64,000 nucleotides of DNA. Source: Podarcis bocagei. Taxonomy: Eukaryota. Location of the stretch: the NCBI GenBank assembly GCA_964188305.1, contig OZ076897.1; one strand, written 5' to 3'. The notes beneath the pieces are model-generated. The model did not search any database and had not been told where the DNA came from. It saw nothing but the letters and a program-made list of their open reading frames with translations. How positions within the stretch are numbered: the stretch's first letter is position 1; each line of letters begins with the position of its first letter. A program made the position numbers and the translations under genes. This document shows, piece after piece, positions 12,560 to 24,999 of the stretch.

Positions 12560-13600
12560 CAAATAAACAAATGTACGCAGTTGCTTCGGGAGCATCCTAG
12601 CAACGCTTCCGGAGGTACCTGGGTACTGGCAGCTTACTAGCCAGGCCACGGCCGTCCCCGTTCCCATCAGCCCCGCCCCCGGCCGCTCTCCAAACCGAGG
12701 CGACGGCGCTAGGCCCTTATTGGCCGGCTCCTCCCTCCTCCTTCTCCTCCTCCCTCCCGCGCACGCGCAGCAACGGCCTCTTTCTCTTTCGCCGCTTTCC
12801 CCCTCCCCGCCGACGGAGAGCGCGAGCCGCGGTTGGTCGCGGTGACGTCGCGGGAACGCGGCGGAGGTCCGTGGGTGTGTGTGTGTGCGCGCGCGCGCTC
12901 GGGAGCGAGCCTCCCTCACTGGACGAGAGCAGCGCGAGCCGCAGGAGGAGGAGAAGACCGTTTCCGTCCGCTCGCTCGCTCAGGCGGAGGCCGCTCGCCT
13001 CGACCCTCCGGCGCGTGTGGTACCTTCGCTGAGGAGGAGAAGCCGAAGAAGAAGCCGCCGCTGCCGCTGTCCATGCGGCGCTGGGGAAGGGAGCCGAGGG
13101 CCGCGGCCGGCGGCCGGTGCCGACGCCCGGGAGTAAGTTGCTGAGGGGCGCCGAGGTATGAGGCGCTGGGGCCGCGCCGCTCTCCTCAGGAGAAGGAATG
13201 GACGCAGAAGGCCCAGTCCCGCGGTTTTGGGTCCCCGCAGAGCCCCGTCCGCCCTCCGTGTCTCCGTCTCCATCGCATCCGCGCGCGCCCTCCGTGCGAC
13301 AGGTTGGGGGAAGGGGCGTGAGTGCGCGTGCGCGAAAGATGGAGATCTGCGTGTGCGTGTTTTCGTGTGCACGTCTGAACGGCGAGCGGAGAGAGAGAAA
13401 GAGAGTGGCGGGATGGAGTATCAGGTACGCTGGAGGGAGGCGGCGGCGAGGCTTGGCAATGCTACGCATCCGGCATTTCCACCTCCTTGCCAAGCCGCTT
13501 CTGGAAAGGAGGCTGGAGCTGAGTTCAAAACACCCCCTCCCTCCTTTCTTGGACGTCGCCAGCGCTCTTCTTTTTCCCTCCCTTCCCCTCCAAATCCCCT
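12560..13600 (+). promoter_or_regulatory. SNRK: SNRK CpG-island promoter
   Basis: CpG-dense, GC-rich stretch about 7 kb upstream of the first coding exon. Motifs: RFX-like CCTAGCAAC (~12596-12604), ETS CTTCCGG (12606-12612), GC box GCCCCGCCCCC (12670-12680), reverse CCAAT (12719-12723), NRF1-type CGCGCACGCGCA (12758-12769), CRE-like TGACGTCG (12843-12850). Confidence 0.85.
12840..13132 (+). other. SNRK: SNRK exon 1 (5'UTR; TSS approximate)
   Basis: Lies in the CpG island and ends at a strong donor GA|GTAAGT (13132/13133). An alternative donor GAG|GTATGA is at 13155/13156. The start is not determinable from sequence. Confidence 0.6.
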
Positions 13601-16600
13601 GCAGTATTGAGGAGAGCGAGCAGATCCCTGGATCCCTCCTCACGGCTATATATTCCTCAGGCTTACGGGGTGGCTGAGAAGTTCTTGCACCCGAGCTGCA
13701 GACCTGTTTGGTGGTGGGTAGTTGGGGGGGGGATGACGGTGCATCTTATTTCTGCAAGCCGGAGACGGAGCCAACAGGTTTGTCCGGAGCGTTTAATGTG
13801 GCCGCTCCCCCCCCCCCCCGATGCTGCAGAGTGTATCTGCCACAAAGGAAAGAGCTTGGCATCCCTTCCCTCCCCCCCGTGGAAGGGCTTTTTTGCATCG
13901 GGTTGTCATGCCGAAAACACATTATGGCATTGATGATCTCTTTGGCAAACAGCCATTTTTCTGAGCTGTATCAACTTCTGCTTTATATGCCAACACAGAC
14001 ATTAAGCTGTGGGGGGGGGGGTTGTTGTTTAAAATACGTTTCTCCCCTCTTGGGCTGTTAGCAGTAACGGAGCAGGTAGGTAGAAAGACATGGTATTTGT
14101 CTCACTGAGAATGATTATGGCACTGAATGGTTGAAAGGAAAACCACTGTATTGACCAGAATGATGGAAATTTACCATGATTAATTTCAGTAAGGTCCTTT
14201 ATCAGTATGTGCACTATTATGAATTGTTTTGTTATTAATGCCTTGTTTCTTGAGTAGACCCTGGAAGTACTGTATGGAAGCCACTTTGGGAAGGGAGTAC
14301 CATTAGAAGGCAGCATTGAAATCTTTTAAATAAATAAATTGAAGGAGAAGTTTCATGTGGCTTGTATTTTGAAGCTTGCTCTTATATATTTAGGGACTGG
14401 AAATAATTTATTTGACTACTAAGGTAGTTAGAGCTTTAAATATTGCTTTGCTACAGTCTGCTAGTATAGATATGAATTCTTTTTAAAGAATGTGAGTCCA
14501 GATCTGTTTAAAGCCTGCCCTCTAGTGCAGCCACTCTTACTCATTTAGGCTGCTGTGTTTATATAGCAGTTTTTGGGAATTCATAATAATAGATAATTGG
14601 TGTAGAAAATGAGAACAGGCAAGAGTTTTGAAGTATGCATTTTCAATTCTTTTCCCAAGCTATAGAAAACACGTAGAAAGTCTCCACTAAGGAAACACAC
14701 TGATGAGTATTAAAATTGGATAAGTTTTGCATCATTTGCCACTAATATTGTTGCCCCATGGAGTAAGATGAATAGTGATGATGCATTGTCATTTTTCACA
14801 TTGATAATTTCTCCCAGAAATGTACATTTTTGCTTTTTGTGTGACATATTCAATGGTTATCATACAGTATCTAAAGAGAAGAAATGTAACCATGCATTTT
14901 GTACACTGCTTGTTTTTGTAGAGTACCTGATGAAGGTATTGAACTGGAAGAACTGGAACAGCTATTGGTTGAAATAACACCTGAATGGTTGAACAAATTC
15001 CTTTTAGTTCCCCAGATAAATATATGCCAATATAGCTTTAATGATGTAGAATTAAACAAAATAGAAGATTTAGAGCCACAGTTAACTTTACTGAAATTTT
15101 TAGGCAACCAGGTCATACTTCCTAATTAAATCTACTGACTAGGAAAAAAAAGGCACCCATCACTGATATTTTAAAGGGATAAGTAGAGATTGCAATAATG
15201 TCCTTTCTTTGAGTCTGTCTGGAATGCTCAGAAATCACTTTTTGACAAGGGGCTTTGTATTCTGATAATTCCACTAGCTCTTCTGCACTGGAATTTAATT
15301 TTATCAGCTTGCACCTCTGGCCTTCCAGTGCTCTAGAAACAATTTCCGTATGTCTGTTTGCACCACTATTTCATACCTTTCTCTCTGTTGTGCCTGATGT
15401 CACCTTTGTATCTTTCGTTGCTTATTTCACACAAGCGCAAGAGAGAGGTACCTTCATGGTATTCTTTCTCCCCATTCCCAAATTCATTTCACAATTCTGT
15501 TTCCCATTGTATTGTCTCCATCCTGCATTATTTGGGGTTGAATACTTAAGTTATTAGAGAGACTTTATGGGGCAGGTCATTTGTCTTCCGCCTTTCTGTG
15601 AAATGATGGTGAGTAAGATGTACAAGGTCATATTGTGCACAATAAATGAATGCCTTAACAAGCACTTAAGGTGCCTAATAATGTTTGACACACACATGCC
15701 TTTGTGTATTTTTTATTAACATTGAAATTGCATAAAACCTGTAGAGCAGGCTTCTAATTAAGCAGTTGCCTGTGGTAAACTTCCAAGTGACGGGGTGAGA
15801 TGTGCTTCTTCCGAAACCTTTGTGCTACTGCTTGTCCCCTATGCACACTGCTGTAATACAGTGCTTTGTTACCCTACTTGTTGAAACTTAGGACTTCACC
15901 AAGTGACTTTCTGGTCCCCTTTCTTTCTCACAATTAAGGAAGAGGGCAATACTTTTAACCCACCTTTTAAAGACCTGATTATTGTTGGTGTACCTGTACA
16001 ATTGCACACTTGTTTTGTGGAAATAGGTTGCAGAGCCAGCTCCGTGTATAAAAGTAATGCAAAAATTCATTCAATACAGCATATTGGATTTTCTGTATGA
16101 AGTGCTTTGAAGACACTTTAAATGGGTCAAGGCTTGGGAGCAGGACAATAGAAGATGACAATAGTTTTGAGATTTTCTTTCTTTAATAGTTCAATTCACG
16201 CAGTTCATCTAGATAATGTCACAACAAAATGTGGGGTGGATCCAGTTAGTGAATTCATGGTTTGAAACAACAGTCTAAAACAGATGTGATGCAGGAATTC
16301 TGTGATTGGAATCTTTGGCTTTATTTAAAAAGACTCAATGGGGGATTTGGATCAAGGTTGTGACACTTGAGTTGTGTGTTTAACCCTTTCCTCTGTATCA
16401 TTTGACCCCTATCTGAACTGACCCCTTGGTTCTTTATCCCTGTGGGGTGAATTGGCAGGTACTTTAGGAGGGGAAGCCAGATGAAGAAAAAGTGTAGATG
16501 GAAAACAGGAGTCCATCCCGCATCACTGCAAGTCAAGATCAAAGTCCCCTCCCCCCCATGACTGTTGTTAATACTTTGTAAAACTATGAGAGATCCTAAC

Positions 16601-19600
16601 CATATATTTCCCATGCCGCATCTGTTGCTGACATCTTACTAAGAATTTTGAGTAATGGCAGGAATAAGTTTTACATGGTAGATATACAGAACTTGCCACA
16701 CATCATGAAGATGCTATCCATTGTAGGTTTGCAGCTGATTATTTAGCCTGATTCTGCAGGGAGAGGATACTCAAACTTTATTATCATTCACAATATATAC
16801 AAGAAATGAAATGAAATGTGATTAATAAAGGCAAAAATGCCATTATAAGAGAAATTTTGTGCCAATTGTACAAATACAAGTTATTGGATCACAATTTTCT
16901 GCTAGTCCACCTGCCCATGTATACAAGTGTAAGCAGCTTGTAGCTCTTGTAAATGACTCATTTTCTACCAACTTGCAAAAAAGCTCCCCTTTCTGTTCAT
17001 CTAGAGGCAGTTATTATGCACCATAGGTGGGTGCAGTAGTGGTATATCTTAAGATTAGAAAATGTGCCAGAACTAAGAACTGTTAATCTTGAAATTTTTC
17101 TATCTTTGGTTGTTTACTGCTCCTTTTTGGAACCGGCACGCAAAGCAACTGTAATATTTAAACCTAATATTGCATCAACTGAAGTCAGGCACCATGTCCC
17201 ATGATTCCTCAAAGCATTAAAACAGTACTTAGAAGACAGCAATATAGAAAACTACTGTAGGTGTATTAAACTTTAAAGGTTTGTACAGGTTGAGTGTTGG
17301 GATAAGCTCCTGAATTCATCCATTATAGCTGCTACTCAGGATGTCAACATTAGACTCACTCTCTTTTTATTGGTCCATATGAACTTTGGAGTGGTAATCT
17401 ATATGCCTAATACATACCACTGATTTCTGTGAGATTTATGCACATATTTGATTGTATGTTAGCCATATAATTCCTGAAGGAGAACTTAAGTATTTTTTTC
17501 CCCTTAGGGAATAAGGGAAGAAGAATGCGAATCTTTCCTCAGAACTGGATATGGAAGTATCAGCAGATGAATCTATGGAAAACATGAGGAAAAATTGAAA
17601 CTACATGAGCAAAGCATAGATAAGATGATACCTTTGGAGAGGGCAGTACCATGGTTGGTAGATTTCATTTCTGATTTATTAAAATGTAGTTTTTTAAAAA
17701 TTACTTCACTGCAGTGCTTGTGAAATTCCTCTGGAGGTATTGCAGTTATATCATGATTTCCAAGCAGTTTTGCTAGTGTAACAATTAGTATTATGCTTTA
17801 AATTGATTTTATAAAATGTGCACAATGGATTGATTTGGATTTTTTGTTAAGGCATGTTTTAGGCTTATATGAGAGCAAACTGAAATATACCTTCAGTTTC
17901 GTTACACACCCCTTCTCTAGTGAGGCTGTGTGAAGCAGTATGGATGCATTCACTTCTATTTTAGATTAGCTGCAACTTGTTGTTGTGTCTGAACTTGAAT
18001 AAACTGTACCTTGACTATGGTTTGTTGAAACAAACAAACCTCAAACCAGTTTATTAAACTGGCTTGTTTCAACTAACTATAGTTTAGATTAACCAAAGGT
18101 TAGAGTTCAGATGGCCTGCTAAACTGTTATATAAAACAGTAGCTCCTGATCTCTTCATGGCCATGCTAAACGGGGAAGTATGCAGATTTGAGGCTAGCTG
18201 TAGCTTATTCTCATAATGGTTAAACCATGGTTTCACATTGTGTCTGAATGCAGTCCATATGTCATGAAATGCGTGTGCATGTTTTTTGGCTGCTCCCTTA
18301 ATACATGCAACTGTGATCCTTTCCTGATTGCTGAGCTCTTGTATTGTAATGAGGAATTAGTAAAGAAAGCATGCATATATACTTTTAAAAGAGAGATTTT
18401 TTCCCCAGATGATATCCCTGTATTAGCAGGTTAAGGGTGCTTACAGTGGTTGGGAACAAGCATTTTCTGTGGAGAGACTCTGCATTTCCATGGAGTTCTG
18501 AAAGTTGTACACTAGCATATTAGAAACATGGAATTATAGAATTCAAAGGAACACTGGGAATGATTTGGAAAAGTGAGGTTAGAGTTTTAAATGCAATGCC
18601 ATTAATTGCTACTGACAGTGATGTTGAGGACATTCATTGAAAAAAAAGTGTTTTTAAATAAGCCTGGAAAACTGAATGACTGCCAGCAGAACTAGCCAAT
18701 ACTACTTGTGACGGTTATACACTCTAGACATGAGTGTGGCCCACACACTCTGTACATTGGAAAGTCACATTGTGGTGCTTCATTACCGAGGGGGGCCTTG
18801 TACAACATTGTAAAATGATTACCATAGACAGACAGATGCTGGCTCTTGCAGAAATATATTAGAGTTATAGTTAGCCATGCAACATCAAGAGTCATTTTTT
18901 AGTGAAATCACTTTTGATGTAGCTGCTGTGCTTGGAAAAACTAGAGTTAGTTTCTTCCAAGGTTTTCTCAGATGTTGAAGTATACTCGAATTCTTGAAGT
19001 ATAAGTACCTATTGTTTGGTTGGAAGATACCCAAAGTTTCATACATCTTAATGCATGGATGAACTATATTTTCCCATTTCCAATCAGATGGCACTAGCCC
19101 TATACAGCGATCATTATTTTCCTCCAACTCTCAGCATTAGAGCTTTCCTAAAACTTCATTTGCACATTGCCTGTAGCATCACCTCCATATAATGCGATGA
19201 ATTATATGATTGCATATCATACTGATGACATTTTTACTTTGCAGATGCTTCACTAGCATAGTACATAACCACATGGGTCAAGCATGTAGATGTTGCTTGA
19301 AGCAACTATTGAGGTGGTGGTAACTACAGGGTATTTTTTATTTTGAATGGTCTAATTGTATGTTAGGTACCACAGATATTAATGTTATGCTGCCCTCATT
19401 AAATAATGAATGGCAATACTGTATGTGAATAATGTCCTTGCTTAGATTAGCTTACAACAGTTTCATCATTCTTCCCATTTAATGCATATTTTAGGCACAG
19501 GCAGTCCCAGGAAGAATTACTTTTTTTTGTATTCTTTTTTTCTTCATTCCTGAAATAAATTTGTACTTGTGTACTGAACTAACTACTCTGAAGTGCTTTG

Positions 19601-19794
19601 CAAAACTCTACAGCATATTTTATACATTTTTAGAGTTTAGACACATCTCAATTAGCTGTTCCAATTCTCCTTCAAGAAAGTATTTTTAAACCTGTTTTTT
19701 GGACCAAAGGCCAGCTTTTAGAGTAGGTGAAATCTTATTCTTCTTATCTTAAGTAAATGTATATTCTATAAAAAATATTCTTTTTGACTTGTAG

Positions 19795-19894
19795 GTACGT
19801 TTGGCAGTGAAAATGGGTTGTGCATCTGTTTCAAACACTTTCATATGAGAAGACACAATTTTTAAAAAGTTTCAGCATTACTACTTCAAGCAGT
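19795..19894 (+). other. SNRK: SNRK 5'UTR portion of first coding exon
   Basis: Acceptor TTCTTTTTGACTTGTAG|G at 19794/19795, 100 nt upstream of the ATG. Confidence 0.75.
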
Positions 19895-20483
19895 ATGGCT
19901 GGTTTCAAGCGAGGGTATGATGGAAAAATTGCTGGACTGTATGATTTGGATAAAACCTTGGGGAGAGGGCATTTTGCTGTGGTCAAACTTGCCAGACACG
20001 TTTTTACAGGTGAAAAAGTAGCGGTGAAAGTTATTGACAAGACCAAGCTAGATACTCTAGCAACAGGACATCTATTCCAAGAAGTTAGATGCATGAAACT
20101 AGTGCAGCATCCTAATATTGTTCGCCTGTATGAAGTTATTGACACCCAGACCAAACTTTACCTAATCTTGGAACTTGGTGATGGAGGAGATATGTTTGAT
20201 TACATCATGAAACACGAAGAAGGGCTTAACGAAGATCTGGCAAAGAAGTACTTTGCTCAGATTGTTCATGCTATATCCTACTGCCATAAACTGCATGTAG
20301 TTCACAGAGACTTAAAACCGGAGAATGTTGTCTTCTTTGAAAAACAAGGACTTGTGAAATTGACTGATTTTGGCTTCAGCAACAAATTCCAGCCTGGGAA
20401 AAAACTCACAACAAGTTGTGGTTCTCTTGCATATTCTGCTCCAGAAATTCTACTTGGTGATGAGTATGATGCACCTGCAGTAG
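19895..20483 (+). CDS. SNRK: SNF-related kinase, coding exon 1 (kinase N-lobe to activation loop)
   Basis: [31 protein letters not shown]...VAVK...HRDLKPEN...DFG...[14 protein letters not shown]. The activation-loop Thr173 (LKB1 site) codon is at 20411-20413. Donor G|GTAAGT; 589 nt, phase 1. Confidence 0.98.
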
Positions 20484-20857
20484 GTAAGTCAATGAATTCA
20501 GAGCAAACTAAAGTCACTTTTATTGCATAAATTGTTTTGGAGCAAGCTGCCATTGGAAGTAAATATTTAGAAATACAGTAGGAAGATGAAAGTCCGCAAA
20601 GGTCCCTGTGTAGCTCTTCATTATGCTATTTATGTTTTAACATACTATCTAGTCCAGTGCCTTCTAGTTTGGAGTTGATGCAGTTAGGCTTGTTGGTATG
20701 TTATTTTATTTTTTAATTTTTTTTTGTTAGGAGTATTTGTGCATCCTTGATAATGAACATGGTTTGTTTGGAGGAATTTACACTAGAAATACAAAGTGTC
20801 CGAAGGTTTCCAGCTGGAACTAAGAGATCTAAATTATGACAAGCTATACTAAAGGAA

Positions 20858-21213
20858 GGGACGCGGGTGGCGCTGTGGGTAAAACCTCAGCGCTTAGGAC
20901 TTGCCGATCGCATGGTCGGCAGTTCGAATCCCCGCGGCGGAGTGCACTCCCGTCGTTCGGTCCCAGCGCCTGCCAACCTAGCAGTTCGAAAGCACCTCTG
21001 GGTGCAAGTAGATAAATAGGGACCGCTTACCAGCGGGAAGGTAAACGGCGTTTCCGTGTGCTGCGCTGGCTCACCAGATGCAGCTTGTCACGCTGGCCAC
21101 GTGACCCGGAAGTGTCTGCGGACAGCGCTGGCTCCCGGCCTATAGAGTGAGATGAGCGCACAACCCTAGAGTCTGGCAAGACTGGCCCGAACGGGCAGGG
21201 GTACCTTTACCTT
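20858..21213 (+). mobile_element. Full-length Sauria SINE
   Basis: GGGACGCGGGTGGCGCTGTGG head to ACCTTTACCTTT tail. Duplicated flank TATACTAAAGGAA(GGG) at 20845 and 21214. Confidence 0.92.
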
Positions 21214-21222
21214 TATACTAAA

Positions 21223-21360
21223 GGAAGGGCTGTGGTTTAGTGGTAGAGCCCATGCATGAAAATCTCCCAGGTTCAATCCTTGGCATCTCCAGATAGGGCT
21301 GGGAAAAATGCCCGTAAGTCAGTGTAGACCATATTGAGCCTGATGGATCAATTGTTCTGT
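21223..21360 (+). mobile_element. Squam3-like tRNA SINE
   Basis: A box TGGTTTAGTGG, B box GGTTCAATCC, body ...GTCAGTGTAGAC..TATTGAGC..GATGGA. Confidence 0.65.
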
Positions 21361-22765
21361 GTTCTTATTAATGGCTGCACTATGTTCTTATTAATGGATG
21401 CACTCCGATGTACAAGGAGTTCCTGAAAAAGCAGAGTATTTCTCATGTATTTATCAGTGAAGTCAGCTCTCTGTTTGCATTAGAACCCCAGAATGCTATG
21501 GAATGTGCTGACAGCATGTGAATACTGACAGCAATTTATCAAGTGGTGTACATACAGCCATATTTGCTCTCATGATGCAGAGAATTGCCACATCTCTGTA
21601 TTTCCGATCAGTATTAGGAACATAGTAAGGCTTTCTTGTTCATAGCAGTAGCACAGAGTATTTGGTAAATGGTCTCCTGTATTCATCCAGTGTCTTCTCA
21701 AATAAATGTTTGTTTCCCCCTCAAACTGCGATATTTCCTTTTATGAACAGGATAACATCAAATATACAAGGATGATATTGGACAGCTGTAATCATTTCAG
21801 TGGATGCAAGAATTGGCAGTTAATGCCTGCAGGGAGTGTATTCTCAAGTTATCACAATCTGTTGGCACCCTATAGTTGTAACGTAGGAGCGTATTTATAA
21901 GTCTTGTGTTATATGAAGAAAATACATTAAGCAGAGTGCCCAAGGCAGAGTTGTTTCTGGCAAGTACACGTCCATTTGATGTCACTGAATGTGTTTGCCT
22001 AAGATACACAAGAGGTGCTTCAGTTCTCTGCTAGTGACTTTAGAAAAGAGATGTTGATCAGGCCTGAAAACAAACCAGAATACCACCGGGGGGGGGGGGA
22101 TTGTATATCTGACATTCAGTGTCCTTCACGTGGCTATGCAGTAGGCTAATTTCATATAGTAACTGAATTATATTAGATAATTGTTTTTTTCTAATTGATG
22201 TTTTCCTAGTATTTCTCAGCTAACTTCTGAAGATGCAAGAAATGGATAGGCTTCCTGAAATTCTGTTTGTTTGTTTTTTGTTCCTATTGCTGTCAGTGTG
22301 TGGGTTGGCAGGAGCCAACTAGAGAAATGTAAATGAAATTAAGCACAGTGATGAAACGAAGCATAGTTCAATATAGATGCCCGTAACGTCCATTGACTTC
22401 TTGCTGGACCTGTATTGGGAGATTCATGAGAAACTAATTTGAACATTTCCAAGTTAATTGCGTGTTTCTGTGCACATGCATGCAGAAAATGTAGATGAGC
22501 AGCATATCAATATTTCTTCATAAAAACATTTATGATAAATGCTGGATTTGTGAATATTTAACTTGCCTGTATAAATCCCAAACAGGACTTACCAGTACTT
22601 GCTAGAAAAGGAAATATCAGTTGAGTCATGACGTGTTACAGCTTGATTGAATAAGGATTAAGATACATTTAAGGCTTTTCCTTTTAGATATTTCTGCTGG
22701 TGCATGTCTGTGTCAGCATTTAGTGTTACATTGTTTAAAACAATGTAGCCCCTATGTACATGTGA

Positions 22766-22956
22766 GAATTCGTTCCAGAGGTCCGTTCTAAACCTGAAAC
22801 TGTTCTTAACCTGAGGTACCACTTTAGCTAATGGGGCCTCCTGCTGCTGCCGCACGATTTCTGTTCTCATCCTGAAGCAAAGTTCTTAACACAAGGTACT
22901 ATTTCTGGGTTAGCGGAGTCCGTAACCTGAAGTGTCTGTAACCCGAGGTACCACTG
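22766..22956. mobile_element. Tc1/mariner MITE (same family as 10207), one end truncated
   Basis: Near-identical internal sequence and right TIR GAGGTACCACTG|TA. Confidence 0.8.
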
Positions 22957-24005
22957 TATGTGGGGAAAGTACAGTACAACCGATGGCTCTTTCCGGTTTT
23001 ATCCTTGTGGAGGCGGTGGTGTGAACAGAGTACATTTTACAGCAAACAGTGTTGGGACATATTTATCAGAGCTTCTGGTTAGATGAATGTGGAATGCCTC
23101 CAAATAGAAATATATTTACTTTTCTCTAGAACCAGAGAGTAAAAACATATAAGGGATGTATGTAGGCGTGTTGATCTGTTAGAAGAAAATATAAAAATCA
23201 CAGTAACATAATAGGACCAATTAAAATGTCTCAAAACAGTAAACAATCTTTTGTGTTTTCCTGGGGGAAGGGGAGAGATAGCTGGACATGTTGGAGCCCA
23301 AAAGACTGCAGTTTGTAAGATTCTTTAAATGAAACACCAATGGCATTGAAGCAGATTAGTACCTAGATGTAAAATGATTTCTGGATGCAGAGGCTGCTGG
23401 CACAAACACGAGTGGCTGTTCCCCCATATTTTGGAGATATAAAATCTGACGGTTACTCAAATCTTTCTCCCACAAAGATGGAAACAGAGGTCCCTTGTGA
23501 GGGAGAGAGCTGACATACATTTTACATTGGTAAAGATTGATAGAAGCCAATTTGGGTAATAAACATCGTGATTAGAAGCCATTACCTTTTATCTGAAGAG
23601 GAGACTTGGGTTTGGGAGTTATGTGCTTCTGCTTCCAATTTTGGATGCTATTGAATCATTTGCTTAACATCAGCCTCAAGAGCCAAGCCATTTGCTTAAT
23701 TTTCAGCCTCAAAGTTTCTCACTATTTTTTTCTATTCTAGTTGCTCCTTATTAAGGCATTGCCCTGCTGTAAATTTTGAACTTAGGAAGGGCGAGGCACC
23801 TGCATGAACTGTTTATAATTGGGTGTGTAAATTATGCAGGAAGAATTTAGGTGTTTTAATTATATCTTAGAGTAATTTACTAAGTTGACTAGTTAGCTAG
23901 ATGTCTAACACTCTAAACTTCCATATGGAAATGGTTATTCTGCTCTTGTCTCAGGCTCTTTCTTCAGTAGTAAAGGAATAAAAGTTACCAGTTACTCCAG
24001 TTTGA

Positions 24006-24178
24006 CTCCATCCCCATTTCCTCTTGCTGTGTTGTAGCATTATTCATTCTAGTTTTAGTCTCTAAGGGCATTGGTCTTCAGCTGATAGATCATTGTATGG
24101 TTGAAGACCAATGCCCTTAGAGACTAAAGCTAAATTGAAAATAATGCTACAACACAGCAAGAGGAAACAGGGATGGAG
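24006..24178. repeat. Long inverted repeat (hairpin)
   Basis: Arms of about 77 bp (CTCCATCCC...GGTCTTCA / TGAAGACC...GGGATGGAG) with a loop of about 16-20 nt. Confidence 0.9.
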
Positions 24179-24726
24179 CTAAGAGTGCATTGTAAGGGTG
24201 CAGCTTCATTTGTTTGTTTTTAAGGAAAAATAGAAGAGGAAAAAGAATAGAGATGCTTATATGGTAGCAAATTAGAAGTTGATTTTTTTAAAAATAGATG
24301 TGGCTTCAAATTTTGAAAATTTGATGATTACTTTTTACCAGGTAGTAAAAAAAAAGGTAGTTTTCTCTTTTAGAAGGATTGACTTGTGGGTTGTTTAAAA
24401 AGACATTGCATTGCCTTTCAGCCTTACCTCATACAGCTATGTTACTTCGTATATTTTCTATATCAGCACAGGTCCTTGGAACACTTATGGTATGGGGGTA
24501 GATGTAGAATGATTTTTTGGGGGGGGTAGCTTGGTCATTTCCTTGAGAGGAGGTAGGACATATCAGTACCTAGAGTTAAATGTTTGTACCCTTCTACAAA
24601 TAAATACTTTTTATTAGTACATTGGCTCTACATCAAGTAGTCGATCACTGTACTAATCAACAAACCATAAATGGAAGTTGAAGAGTTCAAACATAGTTTA
24701 TTGAAAGCCAGAGAGATAACAGCAAG

Positions 24727-24728
<2 letters not shown>

Positions 24729-24790
<62 letters not shown>
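24729..24790. repeat. (TC)n(AC)n compound microsatellite
   Basis: Direct reading. Confidence 0.95.
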
Positions 24791-24792
<2 letters not shown>

Positions 24793-24999
24793 CATTCTAA
24801 GTGAACTCCACATATGAGCCTTTACAATTGTGTGATGGTCTTCTGTAATAAGATTCTTTGAGAAAAACAGAACCTTTAGGAATATGTACCATATTTTTCC
24901 ATCTATAAGATGCTCCCTAATTTTTGACATTATTTTTTAGGGGGAAAACCTAGTCTTATACATGGAAAAATACGGTATTTATTGGGATTTTTTTACCCA

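Noticed and set aside
12380-13933. Many long overlapping ORFs (up to 308 aa) on both strands
   Set aside because: Stop-codon depletion in the GC-rich CpG island; low-complexity R/G/A/P peptides with no recognisable domain.
19820-19894. 25-aa N-terminal extension of SNRK from the GTG start in the ORF track
   Set aside because: Non-ATG start; the recognised protein begins MAGFKR at 19895 and gives the expected 765 aa.
21223-21300. tRNA-like A/B boxes here and in other SINE heads
   Set aside because: They continue into SINE bodies and form no complete cloverleaf.
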